Of a DNA stretch of 55,844 bases, positions 1 to 8,033 are shown one piece after another. The notes under the pieces are model-generated. The model was given only the letters and a program-made list of their open reading frames with translations, did no database searches and was not told where the DNA came from. Source of the DNA: a virus (Duplodnaviria; Caudoviricetes); IMG/VR virus record IMGVR_UViG_3300043446_000624, positions 1-55,844 of that record; one strand, written 5' to 3'. Both the position numbers and the translations under genes were made by a program. Within the stretch, counting starts at the first letter, position 1. Each line of letters opens with the position of its first letter.

Positions 1-1
1 G

Positions 2-871
2 CATGTCATCCACGCTGTCCTTGACTTGCGCTCGTTTGAACGCGCTCTCGCGCAGGTCTTCGATGTTCACACCTGCGATTGCTTGCTCCAGTTGTTGACG
101 TGCGTCCTCCAGTTCAGGGTTGTTTGTAATGTTGAAGTTCTTGAGCGTGTCGCAAATCTCTACGGCCTGCGTGAGCGTTGTCTCGTAAATCTTGCGGCGC
201 TTGGTCTTGCCATCATCCTCGTTCATCTCAGGCTCGGTGCAAGCGTTGCTTATGCGAACCGCACTCGCTACTAGACGTTCAGCCGCATCCTCCATCACTC
301 GGTCGATGATGTTCTGGGCTTGTCGCTCGTAGTGTTGCTTCAGTTGCTCGGCTGTCTCGTTGAACACAGCGTTGCGGAAGTCGCCCTCGGGGACGCGGCT
401 CACGAACTCCTCGATGTAAAACTTGTTGCGGACAATTTGTGGTTCAGGGTATGCTGAACGATCAAACATATCGCCTTGCTTGAACGCCGCATCGCTGACG
501 ATGGACTGATACCTTCCCATGAAGTTATCTAGCAGGGAACCGAATTGCACCTTGTGCTCGCTCAGTTCTTTCATGAATCGCTCGATGATGTGCGTTGGAA
601 CCAGACGTGCGTCCCCCGCCCAATCGTACGTCAGACGCTGAAGCCAGTTATAGACCGTCTGCCTGTAATTGAGCAACGCCTTATGTTCCGGGTTACCTGC
701 GAGCAGGTTCTGCGTGACCTTGGCTGAGTCTGCGCTCGCGCGCTTCGCCGTCGTGATCTCGTTGGATAGAGACTTTTCTTGGCGAGTCGCAGTCCAGACG
801 TGCGTGGTCACAGTCACAATCATCGCGCTCGATGACAGGTTGATGAGATGCTTTGGTGCGTCAAGGTTCAT
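2..871 (-). CDS. DUF3150-like conserved early phage protein (3'-truncated by window edge)
   Basis: Not in ORF track; read manually as MNLDAPKHLINLSSSAMIVTVTTHVWTATRQEK...GDMFDRSAYP...NFNITNNPELE, with AAGGAG RBS upstream of ATG at 871 and open to window start. Confidence 0.7.
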   Translation of the reverse strand, partial: MNLDAPKHLINLSSSAMIVTVTTHVWTATRQEKSLSNEITTAKRASADSAKVTQNLLAGNPEHKALLNYRQTVYNWLQRLTYDWAGDARLVPTHIIERFMKELSEHKVQFGSLLDNFMGRYQSIVSDAAFKQGDMFDRSAYPEPQIVRNKFYIEEFVSRVPEGDFRNAVFNETAEQLKQHYERQAQNIIDRVMEDAAERLVASAVRISNACTEPEMNEDDGKTKRRKIYETTLTQAVEICDTLKNFNITNNPELEDARQQLEQAIAGVNIEDLRESAFKRAQVKDSVDDM

Positions 872-881
872 GATTACTCCT

Positions 882-1094
882 TCAGAGGGTGGTGGGTTGG
901 TATTTACTGTTGATGCCGCGCAGGTCAGCGCGGTTCGTGATGAGCACATAGTTGCTCTTGTGCATCGGGGCTATGGTGTGGCGTTGCTGTCGTGCGTGAG
1001 TCTCCCCGCACAATAGACACAGCTTGTACCCCATAGCCGCGCGACGAATAGAGTACGGCTCGCCGCACTCCACGCAGGTAGCGTATTGCTTCAT
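882..1094 (-). CDS. DksA/TraR-like C4 zinc-finger protein
   Basis: MKQYATCVECGEPYSIRRAAMGYKLCLLCGE, a CxxC-x15-CxxC pattern with an RR motif; start moved to ATG 1094. Confidence 0.65.
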   Translation of the reverse strand: MKQYATCVECGEPYSIRRAAMGYKLCLLCGETHARQQRHTIAPMHKSNYVLITNRADLRGINSKYQPTTL

Positions 1095-1095
1095 G

Positions 1096-1344
1096 TCAGA
1101 CCCGATGTGTGGCGAGGTCGAGGGGGATGATGGCGTAAGTGTTGTGCTGACCAAGTTCGTACTCGTCGCCTTGGATGCAGAGGTGCATCTCGAACTCGGC
1201 GGTCTGCTTGTCAACGTAAGCCGCAACGGGCTTGCCGTTGCAGGTCATGACGTACACCTGCGGGGGCTTGATCTGAGGGGTGGGCAGGATTGCATCCTGC
1301 TGTGCTTTGAGGATTGCCTCATAGACTGATTTCATACGTCCCAT
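1096..1344 (-). CDS. hypothetical early protein
   Basis: MGRMKSVYE... with GGAG RBS upstream; abuts next gene. Confidence 0.7.
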   Translation of the reverse strand: MGRMKSVYEAILKAQQDAILPTPQIKPPQVYVMTCNGKPVAAYVDKQTAEFEMHLCIQGDEYELGQHNTYAIIPLDLATHRV

Positions 1345-1418
1345 GACTGACTCCATTTCATTGACTGGTGAATGACTAAATACAACTGTTGAGCAGGTAA
1401 TTCCCCGACTCAGATTCA

Positions 1419-1427
1419 ATTATATCA
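1419..1427 (-). promoter_or_regulatory. extended -10 sigma70-type promoter
   Basis: Minus strand TGATATAAT in intergenic gap upstream of the 1344 start. Confidence 0.55.
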
Positions 1428-1457
1428 CAACTTTACAAATAAACATAGGGGGTTACC

Positions 1458-1757
1458 CTAACTATTTTGTTCCTCCCCTGTTGCCTCGGAATGCCGTTGA
1501 TACTTGTCGTACTCGGGTCGTGCCCAAGGCACAGGTATGCCTATCTGATTGGTGGGGTACTTCTCACGGAGCGCAGTCACGACCTCGCACATCCGTTCGT
1601 GGTACTCAGCCATTGCCTCGTTGATCTTGTGCACATCATCCATCTGCACATCTGTCTTGAAGTCTTTGTGACCCATCAACTCAATCAGCTTGCGGTCTGC
1701 CTCATCGCGCTTCGCCACGATTGACCTGAACTTCTCGTATGCTTCCCTGAATGTCAC
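1458..1757 (-). CDS. hypothetical early protein
   Basis: 99-aa ORF with 4-bp overlap with upstream gene. Confidence 0.7.
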   Translation of the reverse strand: MTFREAYEKFRSIVAKRDEADRKLIELMGHKDFKTDVQMDDVHKINEAMAEYHERMCEVVTALREKYPTNQIGIPVPWARPEYDKYQRHSEATGEEQNS

Positions 1758-2092
1758 TTCAGCACCCCCTGAATCTGTACAGGTTCTTGTACAACTCTCA
1801 CCTCGTACCCCAGTTGGACAATGTTTTTTAGGGTTGCTTCGGTCAGCGTTGTCGTGCCTGCGATGGACGCAAACACCTTGGACTTGTCACACTTCGGATA
1901 GAACTTGCGCTGTCCATACACATCCCTAACAAGGATCTGGATCTCTAGGTTCATACTGTTTTTCCTTTCTGTTTTCTCACGGGTCATCTCGGTCAATGTG
2001 CGCTTCCAACCAATGCGCGACAGGAACCACCGGAACAATGGCTGAGACAAGTCTTGGTTCAGCAACTCTGGGTTGTCGCCTTTCGGGTTCAC
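1754..2092 (-). CDS. hypothetical early protein; possible internal start at 1954
   Basis: GTG start with AAGGAG RBS; second AAAGGA RBS before in-frame MNLEIQILVRDVYG...FYPKC. Confidence 0.65.
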   Translation of the reverse strand: MNPKGDNPELLNQDLSQPLFRWFLSRIGWKRTLTEMTREKTERKNSMNLEIQILVRDVYGQRKFYPKCDKSKVFASIAGTTTLTEATLKNIVQLGYEVRVVQEPVQIQGVLK

Positions 2093-2268
2093 TTGATTAA
2101 CTCCTTGTGTATGGCTTCGTGTAAGACTTTCTCCAGCCGAGTGATGTTCCGCATATACGCCCGAGACTCCTTGGTTTCGCTCAGTCCACTTGCCACAAGC
2201 GCGGACGCCTGTATGAAGCGCAGGTCAACAAGCATCTTCTTAATGCTCGACAGTTCTTCCAATGTCAT
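2089..2268 (-). CDS. hypothetical early protein
   Basis: MTLEELSSIKK...; AGGAG RBS; ATGA overlap with upstream gene. Confidence 0.65.
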   Translation of the reverse strand: MTLEELSSIKKMLVDLRFIQASALVASGLSETKESRAYMRNITRLEKVLHEAIHKELIK

Positions 2269-2642
2269 TTCAGCATCTCCTGAATCAGTAACTTCATCAA
2301 GTCCTCGTCTGTCTGCCACCCTATCGGCTCGCTGTCCGTTGAGCGTAGCCACACCTCGTATGGGCGCTCGGGGTCGCAGTGGAACAACTGCCCACTGATA
2401 GCGGTCACCTCCCGCCCGTTGGGGAACACCCACTTGGCGTAATAGTGGTTGTGCATATCCAAGGATGACTTCTCGTATGCCCCCGCATTCTTAGCCATCC
2501 CATGCAGTCCACTCGTCTCGATGTACTCAGCCAGCGGTAGACGCGGCGTTGACCGATCAGGTGGGATGATGAATGCTTCAGCCATCTTTGCAAAGGCGCT
2601 CTTTTGCGTTGGGTCGTATGTGTACGTTCTGTACGTTCTCAT
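2265..2642 (-). CDS. hypothetical early protein
   Basis: MRTYRTY...AKWVFPNGREVTAISG...PYEVW; ATGA coupling on both sides. Confidence 0.7.
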   Translation of the reverse strand: MRTYRTYTYDPTQKSAFAKMAEAFIIPPDRSTPRLPLAEYIETSGLHGMAKNAGAYEKSSLDMHNHYYAKWVFPNGREVTAISGQLFHCDPERPYEVWLRSTDSEPIGWQTDEDLMKLLIQEMLK

Positions 2643-2998
2643 AGGATGTTGTACCCTTTCAGCCAACGGCGTGTATCTTTGCCGGGGGCAACGATTGTGA
2701 GCCCTGCGTATTCATCGTCCACATCGTTGAACTCGTCCATGCAGAAGTCTGGGTCGCAAGTGTTCAGCGCCAAGTACTCGGCATCGTTCAGGGGGTCGTG
2801 AACGCTTAGCCAGTCGGACACGATGGTGTCTGTGGAAAGACTTGTTTTGTTGTTTGCTTTGGTGGTTGTGTGTTTCTTTGTGACACGCAGAGCCTTCCGT
2901 GTCACACGGGGCAGGGCTTTGTGCCACTCGGTGGCATCATGGGGGATAACAACAACATCCTGCGTCATGGCAGGTGTCCAGACAAATGCAGCTTTCAT
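2639..2998 (-). CDS. hypothetical early protein (acidic C-terminus)
   Basis: MKAAFVWT...; AGGAG RBS upstream of ATG 2998. Confidence 0.7.
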   Translation of the reverse strand: MKAAFVWTPAMTQDVVVIPHDATEWHKALPRVTRKALRVTKKHTTTKANNKTSLSTDTIVSDWLSVHDPLNDAEYLALNTCDPDFCMDEFNDVDDEYAGLTIVAPGKDTRRWLKGYNIL

Positions 2999-3114
2999 GA
3001 CCAACTCCTAACTGAATCAAACTGAATGAACTAAATTCACCACCCCGTGAACCACTAAACAGCGGAACGACAGGGCGATGGGCTTGTTGGAGAGTTCTTT
3101 CCCCAACTGTTTGT

Positions 3115-3123
3115 ATTATAACA
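3115..3123 (-). promoter_or_regulatory. extended -10 promoter for the early operon
   Basis: Minus strand TGTTATAAT about 115 nt upstream of the 2998 start. Confidence 0.55.
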
Positions 3124-3268
3124 TTCTTTGACGATTGGTGGTAGGGGTCGGGGGCAACTATTTTGGGGTGGGGGTGGTGACACCTGTGACACCTTTTGTG
3201 CAAACTCTGGGAGGGGGAACAGAGGTGATAGATGGATTTGGGCTTTGCTTAGATGAAGTATTGGGGGC

Positions 3269-3890
3269 TTATCCACAACTCCGTTGGAACGGGAAAGGGA
3301 CGAAAATGGGGTAAAAACGGGGTATTTGTAAAGTTGGCTTGGAATCTGGAATAAATCTTGGAATCACAAAAAATGGTGCTGTGTAATACTTAGTACTTCA
3401 GGGGGTGGTGAAAAGACATGGAATTTGTAATAGATATATATCTATATTTATTTATAGTAGTAGTAGTAGTATTACTCGATTCCAAAATTCCAAAATTCCA
3501 ACGATTTTGCAGAGGCTTCCGTGAAGAAGATGTTGCTTAAAAAATGAGCATTGTTAAATTTGCGGTGTGCGAAAGATGCACCGCGCGGCAAACCTTGCCG
3601 ACGAGATTAACTTCGTTTGGCCTGACCATCTCGAAAAATCTTGGAATTTTGGAATTTTCCTGTGGATAACCCCATAAAAGCCTTATAAATCAAGTACTTA
3701 CGCGGTTCCAATTTGGTTTTGCGTTTTGGAATTAAATTCCAAAATGGGGGTTTCGGTTCCAAAATGGTGGAACTTGGCGCGTTTCGCTAGAACAATGCTC
3801 ACGCGATAATCTACTCCGATTCCAAGATTCCAAAACCTTGTTCCAAAATTCCAATTTAGTCCAGCCAATTTGGAATTTTGGAATTTCACC
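3269..3890. other. putative replication origin
   Basis: DnaA boxes TTATCCACA at 3269-3277 and TGTGGATAA at 3661-3669; AT-rich tract 3427-3476; IHF consensus match 3688-3700; about 18 TTCCAA/TTGGAA repeats; non-coding. Confidence 0.6.
3284..3883. repeat. iteron-like TTCCAA(AA) repeats in both orientations
   Basis: 10 TTCCAA and 8 TTGGAA copies, many at 8-bp period (e.g. 3480/3488/3496, 3641/3649, 3870/3878). Confidence 0.9.
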
Positions 3891-3971
3891 GACCCCTGAA
3901 TCACTAAATAGCGAGCTTGCGCCCAGAGCACGCGCGAGGACTCATAACTGGTCTCAAACCCCGCTAGGGGC

Positions 3972-4014
3972 AAAAAGAAACCCCGCCCGACATCTTGCGA
4001 CATCGGGCGGGGTT
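3972..4014 (-). terminator. intrinsic terminator
   Basis: Hairpin aaccccgcccga/tcgggcggggtt with T-tract on minus strand, just past the stop of 4024-4644. Confidence 0.8.
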
Positions 4015-4023
4015 AGTGATCAC

Positions 4024-4644
4024 TTACTTGATCTTGTCGTAGAAGGCATCAATGGCCACGCGAAGTTTCACTTCGTCAACGGCCTGCTCATCATTGCGGG
4101 AGTGAGCATTTTTGCAACGCTTCTTCATGTCCGCAAAGGTATCATTAAGGTATGACATGAAACCCTTAGCCTGCACACGCTCTCGGGGTTTACCCTCGTT
4201 TTGCACCTTGCGAACTTCGCGGGTAATGTCAGCCATTTTGTTACTGACGAACTTGCTGAACTTGGTGCGGATCGGGCCAATGATGCCATGCAACACCGGT
4301 TGATCGGTCTTGAGTTGACCGAACGCTTGCTGACTGTAGGACATGCAATAGTCCAACGTCACCAAGGTGTTACCCTTTTCATTGGGCACCCATGACAGAC
4401 TGTCATAGGTCACGGCGGGATTGAGTTCTTGCCAACGAAGTGCGAACCCGGTTTTGAGTTCGTCTTTGACGGCGGCGGGAACTTCATCGAGAAACGTGGG
4501 GCATTTCTCGTTGATCCAACGGGCGACCGCGTTCAGCGACTCACCCGCGAGAACCGCCTTGTAGGCGGCATCCTTGTAGGATGAGGGAGTGGCATCGTAT
4601 GCCACGGCCACGGCCTGCGCCGTGGGGGTTTTGGTTTTGCTCAT
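4024..4644 (-). CDS. hypothetical early protein
   Basis: MSKTKTPTAQ...; GGAG RBS; has its own promoter and terminator. Confidence 0.8.
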   Translation of the reverse strand: MSKTKTPTAQAVAVAYDATPSSYKDAAYKAVLAGESLNAVARWINEKCPTFLDEVPAAVKDELKTGFALRWQELNPAVTYDSLSWVPNEKGNTLVTLDYCMSYSQQAFGQLKTDQPVLHGIIGPIRTKFSKFVSNKMADITREVRKVQNEGKPRERVQAKGFMSYLNDTFADMKKRCKNAHSRNDEQAVDEVKLRVAIDAFYDKIK

Positions 4645-4704
4645 AGTATCTCCGATAAGCAAAGGGACGACAACCCGCCGCAACCGAATTGTCACGGCAT
4701 CGTG

Positions 4705-4722
4705 TCGTCTGATTAAGTTATA
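4705..4722 (-). promoter_or_regulatory. phage early promoter motif, copy 1 (TATAAC-TTA-ATCAGACGA)
   Basis: 16/18 identical to 5612-5629; both lie about 60-75 nt upstream of a start codon. Confidence 0.6.
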
Positions 4723-4857
4723 CATGATCGGCCATGGAATTGCGCGTTTCACCGGGGCGTGAACCACTATCTCGCTCGCTTGGCCCACTCGCTCACTCGC
4801 GTGGCTGGACTCGCGCCTACGCGCGCGGCGACAAATAACTGGTATCAATGGCCAAAT

Positions 4858-4882
4858 AAAAAGGGGACCGAAGTCCCCTTTT
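4858..4882 (-). terminator. intrinsic terminator (cUUCGg loop)
   Basis: Minus strand AAAAGGGGACTTCGGTCCCCTTTTT right after a stop codon. Confidence 0.85.
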
Positions 4883-4883
4883 G

Positions 4884-5054
4884 TCAGTCCAACAGCTCCA
4901 AGAGCTTGTTGTACTCAGTGGTCATTTGCTCATCGCTCCACGTATCGACTATGCTGTAGTCGGGACGCATTCCAAACACGTCTTTATGCAGATCGCTGTA
5001 GCTTGCCCACATTTTTTCCATCGGGCTCATATCTTCCCAAGCTTTGAATTTCAT
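4884..5054 (-). CDS. small hypothetical early protein (56 aa)
   Basis: Below ORF-track cutoff: MKFKAWEDMSPMEKMWASYSDLHKDVFGMRPD...LLELLD; TAGGAG RBS; terminator follows. Confidence 0.8.
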   Translation of the reverse strand: MKFKAWEDMSPMEKMWASYSDLHKDVFGMRPDYSIVDTWSDEQMTTEYNKLLELLD

Positions 5055-5093
5055 GGTGTTCTCCTAGATGGGGGGCCAAAGCCCCCCGGTTAA

Positions 5094-5555
5094 TCAATCA
5101 CACTGGATCGCGTACTTGGGAGTCGTCACTGTTTCAGTGCCGATCACAATTTTGCGACACGTTGGACTATCGTCCTTCACGTATGCACTCAGCAACACCC
5201 TGTAACCGTCCACGATGTACGTGAAGTCACGGTTCAGGCACGATGCGTATTCTTTTTGCTCATCAAGAGTGCCGATTTCTTCGAGCAACCATAGGACTGA
5301 TTCGAGTCGCAGGGACTTAAACCCGTCCAGATGGTACAGATTGATGCTAAACACGGGCTCGTCACCACTCATCCACATGTGCAGAGAGTTGCTACGCGAG
5401 TTGGTGTCGACACACATAGACAACGTGCGAAGCAAGCGGCCGATGGCTTTGCGCTGAGTGGTAAGGACTGCCACGCTGTTACGGGCGCGCACTACGCGGT
5501 CTTTGGCCTCACGCAAAGCGTTTGCGTAGAGTTGGGTTGCAATGGACTTTGCCAT
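5094..5555 (-). CDS. hypothetical early protein
   Basis: 153-aa ORF with TAGGAG RBS; GC hairpin 5070-5087 downstream. Confidence 0.8.
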   Translation of the reverse strand: MAKSIATQLYANALREAKDRVVRARNSVAVLTTQRKAIGRLLRTLSMCVDTNSRSNSLHMWMSGDEPVFSINLYHLDGFKSLRLESVLWLLEEIGTLDEQKEYASCLNRDFTYIVDGYRVLLSAYVKDDSPTCRKIVIGTETVTTPKYAIQCD

Positions 5556-5611
5556 TTCATTCTCCTAGATAGACGACACTCTGGCTTTGCGACATGCTCT
5601 GCATCATTGCA

Positions 5612-5629
5612 TCGTCTGATAATGTTATA
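5612..5629 (-). promoter_or_regulatory. phage early promoter motif, copy 2
   Basis: Minus strand TATAACATTATCAGACGA; matches 4705-4722. Confidence 0.6.
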
Positions 5630-5930
5630 TACCAGCCCTGAGAAAAATTCTCGGTTTGGCGCTGACCCACCCTATCCCCACCCCCCAAGATCTCGCTCGG
5701 GTCCCATCGCGGCTCCATACACTAAGCGGAGCACAAACGACGCCCAACTTCTCTATAACTTAGTACGTATAAAATCATCTTTAACTCTGCACTTCGCTGC
5801 AACCCAATATCCATGCGGGTTCCAGATTAATTCCGCTAGTGCGTGCATGCTCGTTTTGGCGGAAATACCCCCTTGCTTTTTCTAAGTCCCCCCCATCGAA
5901 AAAATTTTTTATAAAAATTTTGGACTTATG

Positions 5931-5939
5931 TGCTATATT
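5931..5939 (+). promoter_or_regulatory. extended -10 promoter of late/packaging block
   Basis: TGCTATATT preceded by A/T tracts (5898-5921), upstream of terS. Confidence 0.45.
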
Positions 5940-5971
5940 CCGGCCATCTTTGGAGTGCACCCCTTTCCTCT

Positions 5972-6529
5972 ATGGATGACTTTATTCCTGAAGTGGACGA
6001 GAACGTCCCACTGCCAGCCTCCGCCCTGGAGGCTATGCCGCCGCTTTCCGCAATGGAAGAGGTCGAGATGCGAGGCAGAACCCTCAAGATGCTTTCAGAC
6101 CTGACCGGCAAGCCGATCGAACCGACACAGTTCCATCGTGGTCAAGCTGTTGAAGTTATTAAACAGGTGGTCGAGAACAAGACTGATCTGAACCTGACCA
6201 CATTCCCGAACGAAACAATGGCCTATCTGGCCGGGATGGTTGCTCAGTACGATCACATGATCGTGCGGGAGTTAGCCGACCTGAAGCTGTACGTCGTCAA
6301 TAAGTTGTTAGCTGAGACAGATAACCCAGACGGAAAGATTCGTCTACCCGCTATCAAGGCGCTGGGCGAAATTGACGGCGTTGATGCGTTCAAGCGCCGC
6401 ACCGAAGTGACACATAAGACGCAACCGATTGAAGAAGTCGAGCGGGAGCTGCTAGAAACACTGCAAAAAGCTAAGAGCCGCGCGATTGACGTAGTAGCTC
6501 GGGAAGTACCCAATGCAACTAACCCTTGA
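5972..6529 (+). CDS. putative terminase small subunit
   Basis: Directly upstream of and overlapping terL; helical motif IRLPAIKALGEIDGVDAF. Confidence 0.6.
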   Translation: MDDFIPEVDENVPLPASALEAMPPLSAMEEVEMRGRTLKMLSDLTGKPIEPTQFHRGQAVEVIKQVVENKTDLNLTTFPNETMAYLAGMVAQYDHMIVRELADLKLYVVNKLLAETDNPDGKIRLPAIKALGEIDGVDAFKRRTEVTHKTQPIEEVERELLETLQKAKSRAIDVVAREVPNATNP

Positions 6530-8024
6530 GCAAGTCAAAGAGCTGGAAGCCCTGCTTCCGACCATGGATGCGGACACCAAACGCGCCATTTTGCCCAAGA
6601 TTAAGCAGTGGTACGCCGAAAAGACCCAAGTTTTGGGCAAAGATAGCTTCCTGACGTTCATCGATCACGTCTATCCGGGCTATAAAGTGGGTCCTCACCA
6701 CCGCAAATTGGCCCGTATTTTTGAGGAAATCGCCCAAGGCAAGAAGAAACGGGTGATTGTGAACATCGCGCCCCGTCACGGCAAGTCAGAAATGATCTCG
6801 TACCTGGCTCCGGCGTGGTTCTTGGGCAAATATCCGCAGAAAAAGATCATTATGTCGTCCCACACGGCGGATTTGGCGGTCAACTTCGGTCGTCGGGTGC
6901 GAAATCTGGTGGGTTCTGAGGCGTACAAGGACATTTTTCCGCAGGTTGAGCTGCAGGCGGACTCAAAATCAGCGTCACGCTGGGGGACGAACTTCAATGG
7001 CGAATATTTTGCAATCGGTGTCGGTGGCGCTTTGGCTGGCCGAGGTGCTGATCTATTCATTATTGATGATCCTCACTCCGAACAGGAAGCCAAGACTGGG
7101 CGACCGGATGTTTTTCTTCCTGCTTGGGAGTGGTTTCAGTCTGGCCCTCTGCAACGTCTTATGCCTGGCGGTGCAATTATTATTGTGATGACGCGGTGGT
7201 CCAAGCTGGACCTGACGGGAATGATCCTGAGCCAGATGGAGCGTGAACCGGACGTGGATCAGTGGGAAATCGTCGAATTTCCAGCAATTTTGAACGACAA
7301 GCCGCTCTGGGGCGAGTTCTGGGACTTAGATGAGCTGCTATCTAAGAAAGCAGGCATGGATCCCCGGTACTGGCAGGCCCAGTACATGCAGAACCCCGTC
7401 TCGGAAGAGGGCGCTCTATTAAAAAGAGAGTGGTGGAAGATATGGGAAGACGATGATCCACCCGTCTGCGAGTACATCATCATGTCTCTGGACGCCGCCC
7501 AAGAAACCAACAACCGGGCTGACTACAACGCGCTGACCACGTGGGGCGTGTTCTATAACGAGGAAGTCAACAACTACAACATCATCCTCCTGAACGCGAT
7601 CAAGAAACGCATGGAATTCCCGGAGCTAAAGAAACTTGTGTTGGAAGAGTACAAGGAGTGGGAGCCTGACGCATTCGTGGTGGAGAAGAAATCCAACGGT
7701 TCGGCGTTGTATCAGGAGCTAAACAGGATGGGCCTTCCCGTGGGTGAAGGGTTTACTCCGGGTAAGGGACAGGACAAAATAGCGCGGGTGAACTCCGTGT
7801 CGGACCTTTTCGCTTCTGGCATAGTGTGGGCACCGGACCGCAGGTGGGCCAAAGAGGTGATGGAGGAGTGCAATGACTTCCCGTCAGGATCGAACGACGA
7901 CTTAGTTGACTCGACAACTTTAGCCCTGATGCGGTTCCGCAAAGGTGGGTTTATCAGACTTCCAAGTGATGAACCCGAAGAGATTCAATACTTCAAGAGC
8001 CGCCGACGCAAGGCGTACTATTAA
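6513..8024 (+). CDS. terL: terminase large subunit
   Basis: Walker A-like APRHGKS, GRGADLFIIDDP Walker B, MTRW coupling motif, RNase H-like nuclease SLDAA...DDLVD. Confidence 0.97.
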   Translation: MQLTLEQVKELEALLPTMDADTKRAILPKIKQWYAEKTQVLGKDSFLTFIDHVYPGYKVGPHHRKLARIFEEIAQGKKKRVIVNIAPRHGKSEMISYLAPAWFLGKYPQKKIIMSSHTADLAVNFGRRVRNLVGSEAYKDIFPQVELQADSKSASRWGTNFNGEYFAIGVGGALAGRGADLFIIDDPHSEQEAKTGRPDVFLPAWEWFQSGPLQRLMPGGAIIIVMTRWSKLDLTGMILSQMEREPDVDQWEIVEFPAILNDKPLWGEFWDLDELLSKKAGMDPRYWQAQYMQNPVSEEGALLKREWWKIWEDDDPPVCEYIIMSLDAAQETNNRADYNALTTWGVFYNEEVNNYNIILLNAIKKRMEFPELKKLVLEEYKEWEPDAFVVEKKSNGSALYQELNRMGLPVGEGFTPGKGQDKIARVNSVSDLFASGIVWAPDRRWAKEVMEECNDFPSGSNDDLVDSTTLALMRFRKGGFIRLPSDEPEEIQYFKSRRRKAYY

Positions 8025-8033
8025 GGACAGATT

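Noticed and set aside
3284-3883. Possible CRISPR array, given a Cas4-like gene in the window
   Set aside because: Repeats are 6-8 bp, in both orientations, without regular spacers; stand-alone Cas4-like exonucleases are common in phage replication modules
3055-4003. ORFs 3055-3276 and 3698-4003 in the origin-like region
   Set aside because: Low-complexity translations of repeats (WNFG, FQNS) without RBS
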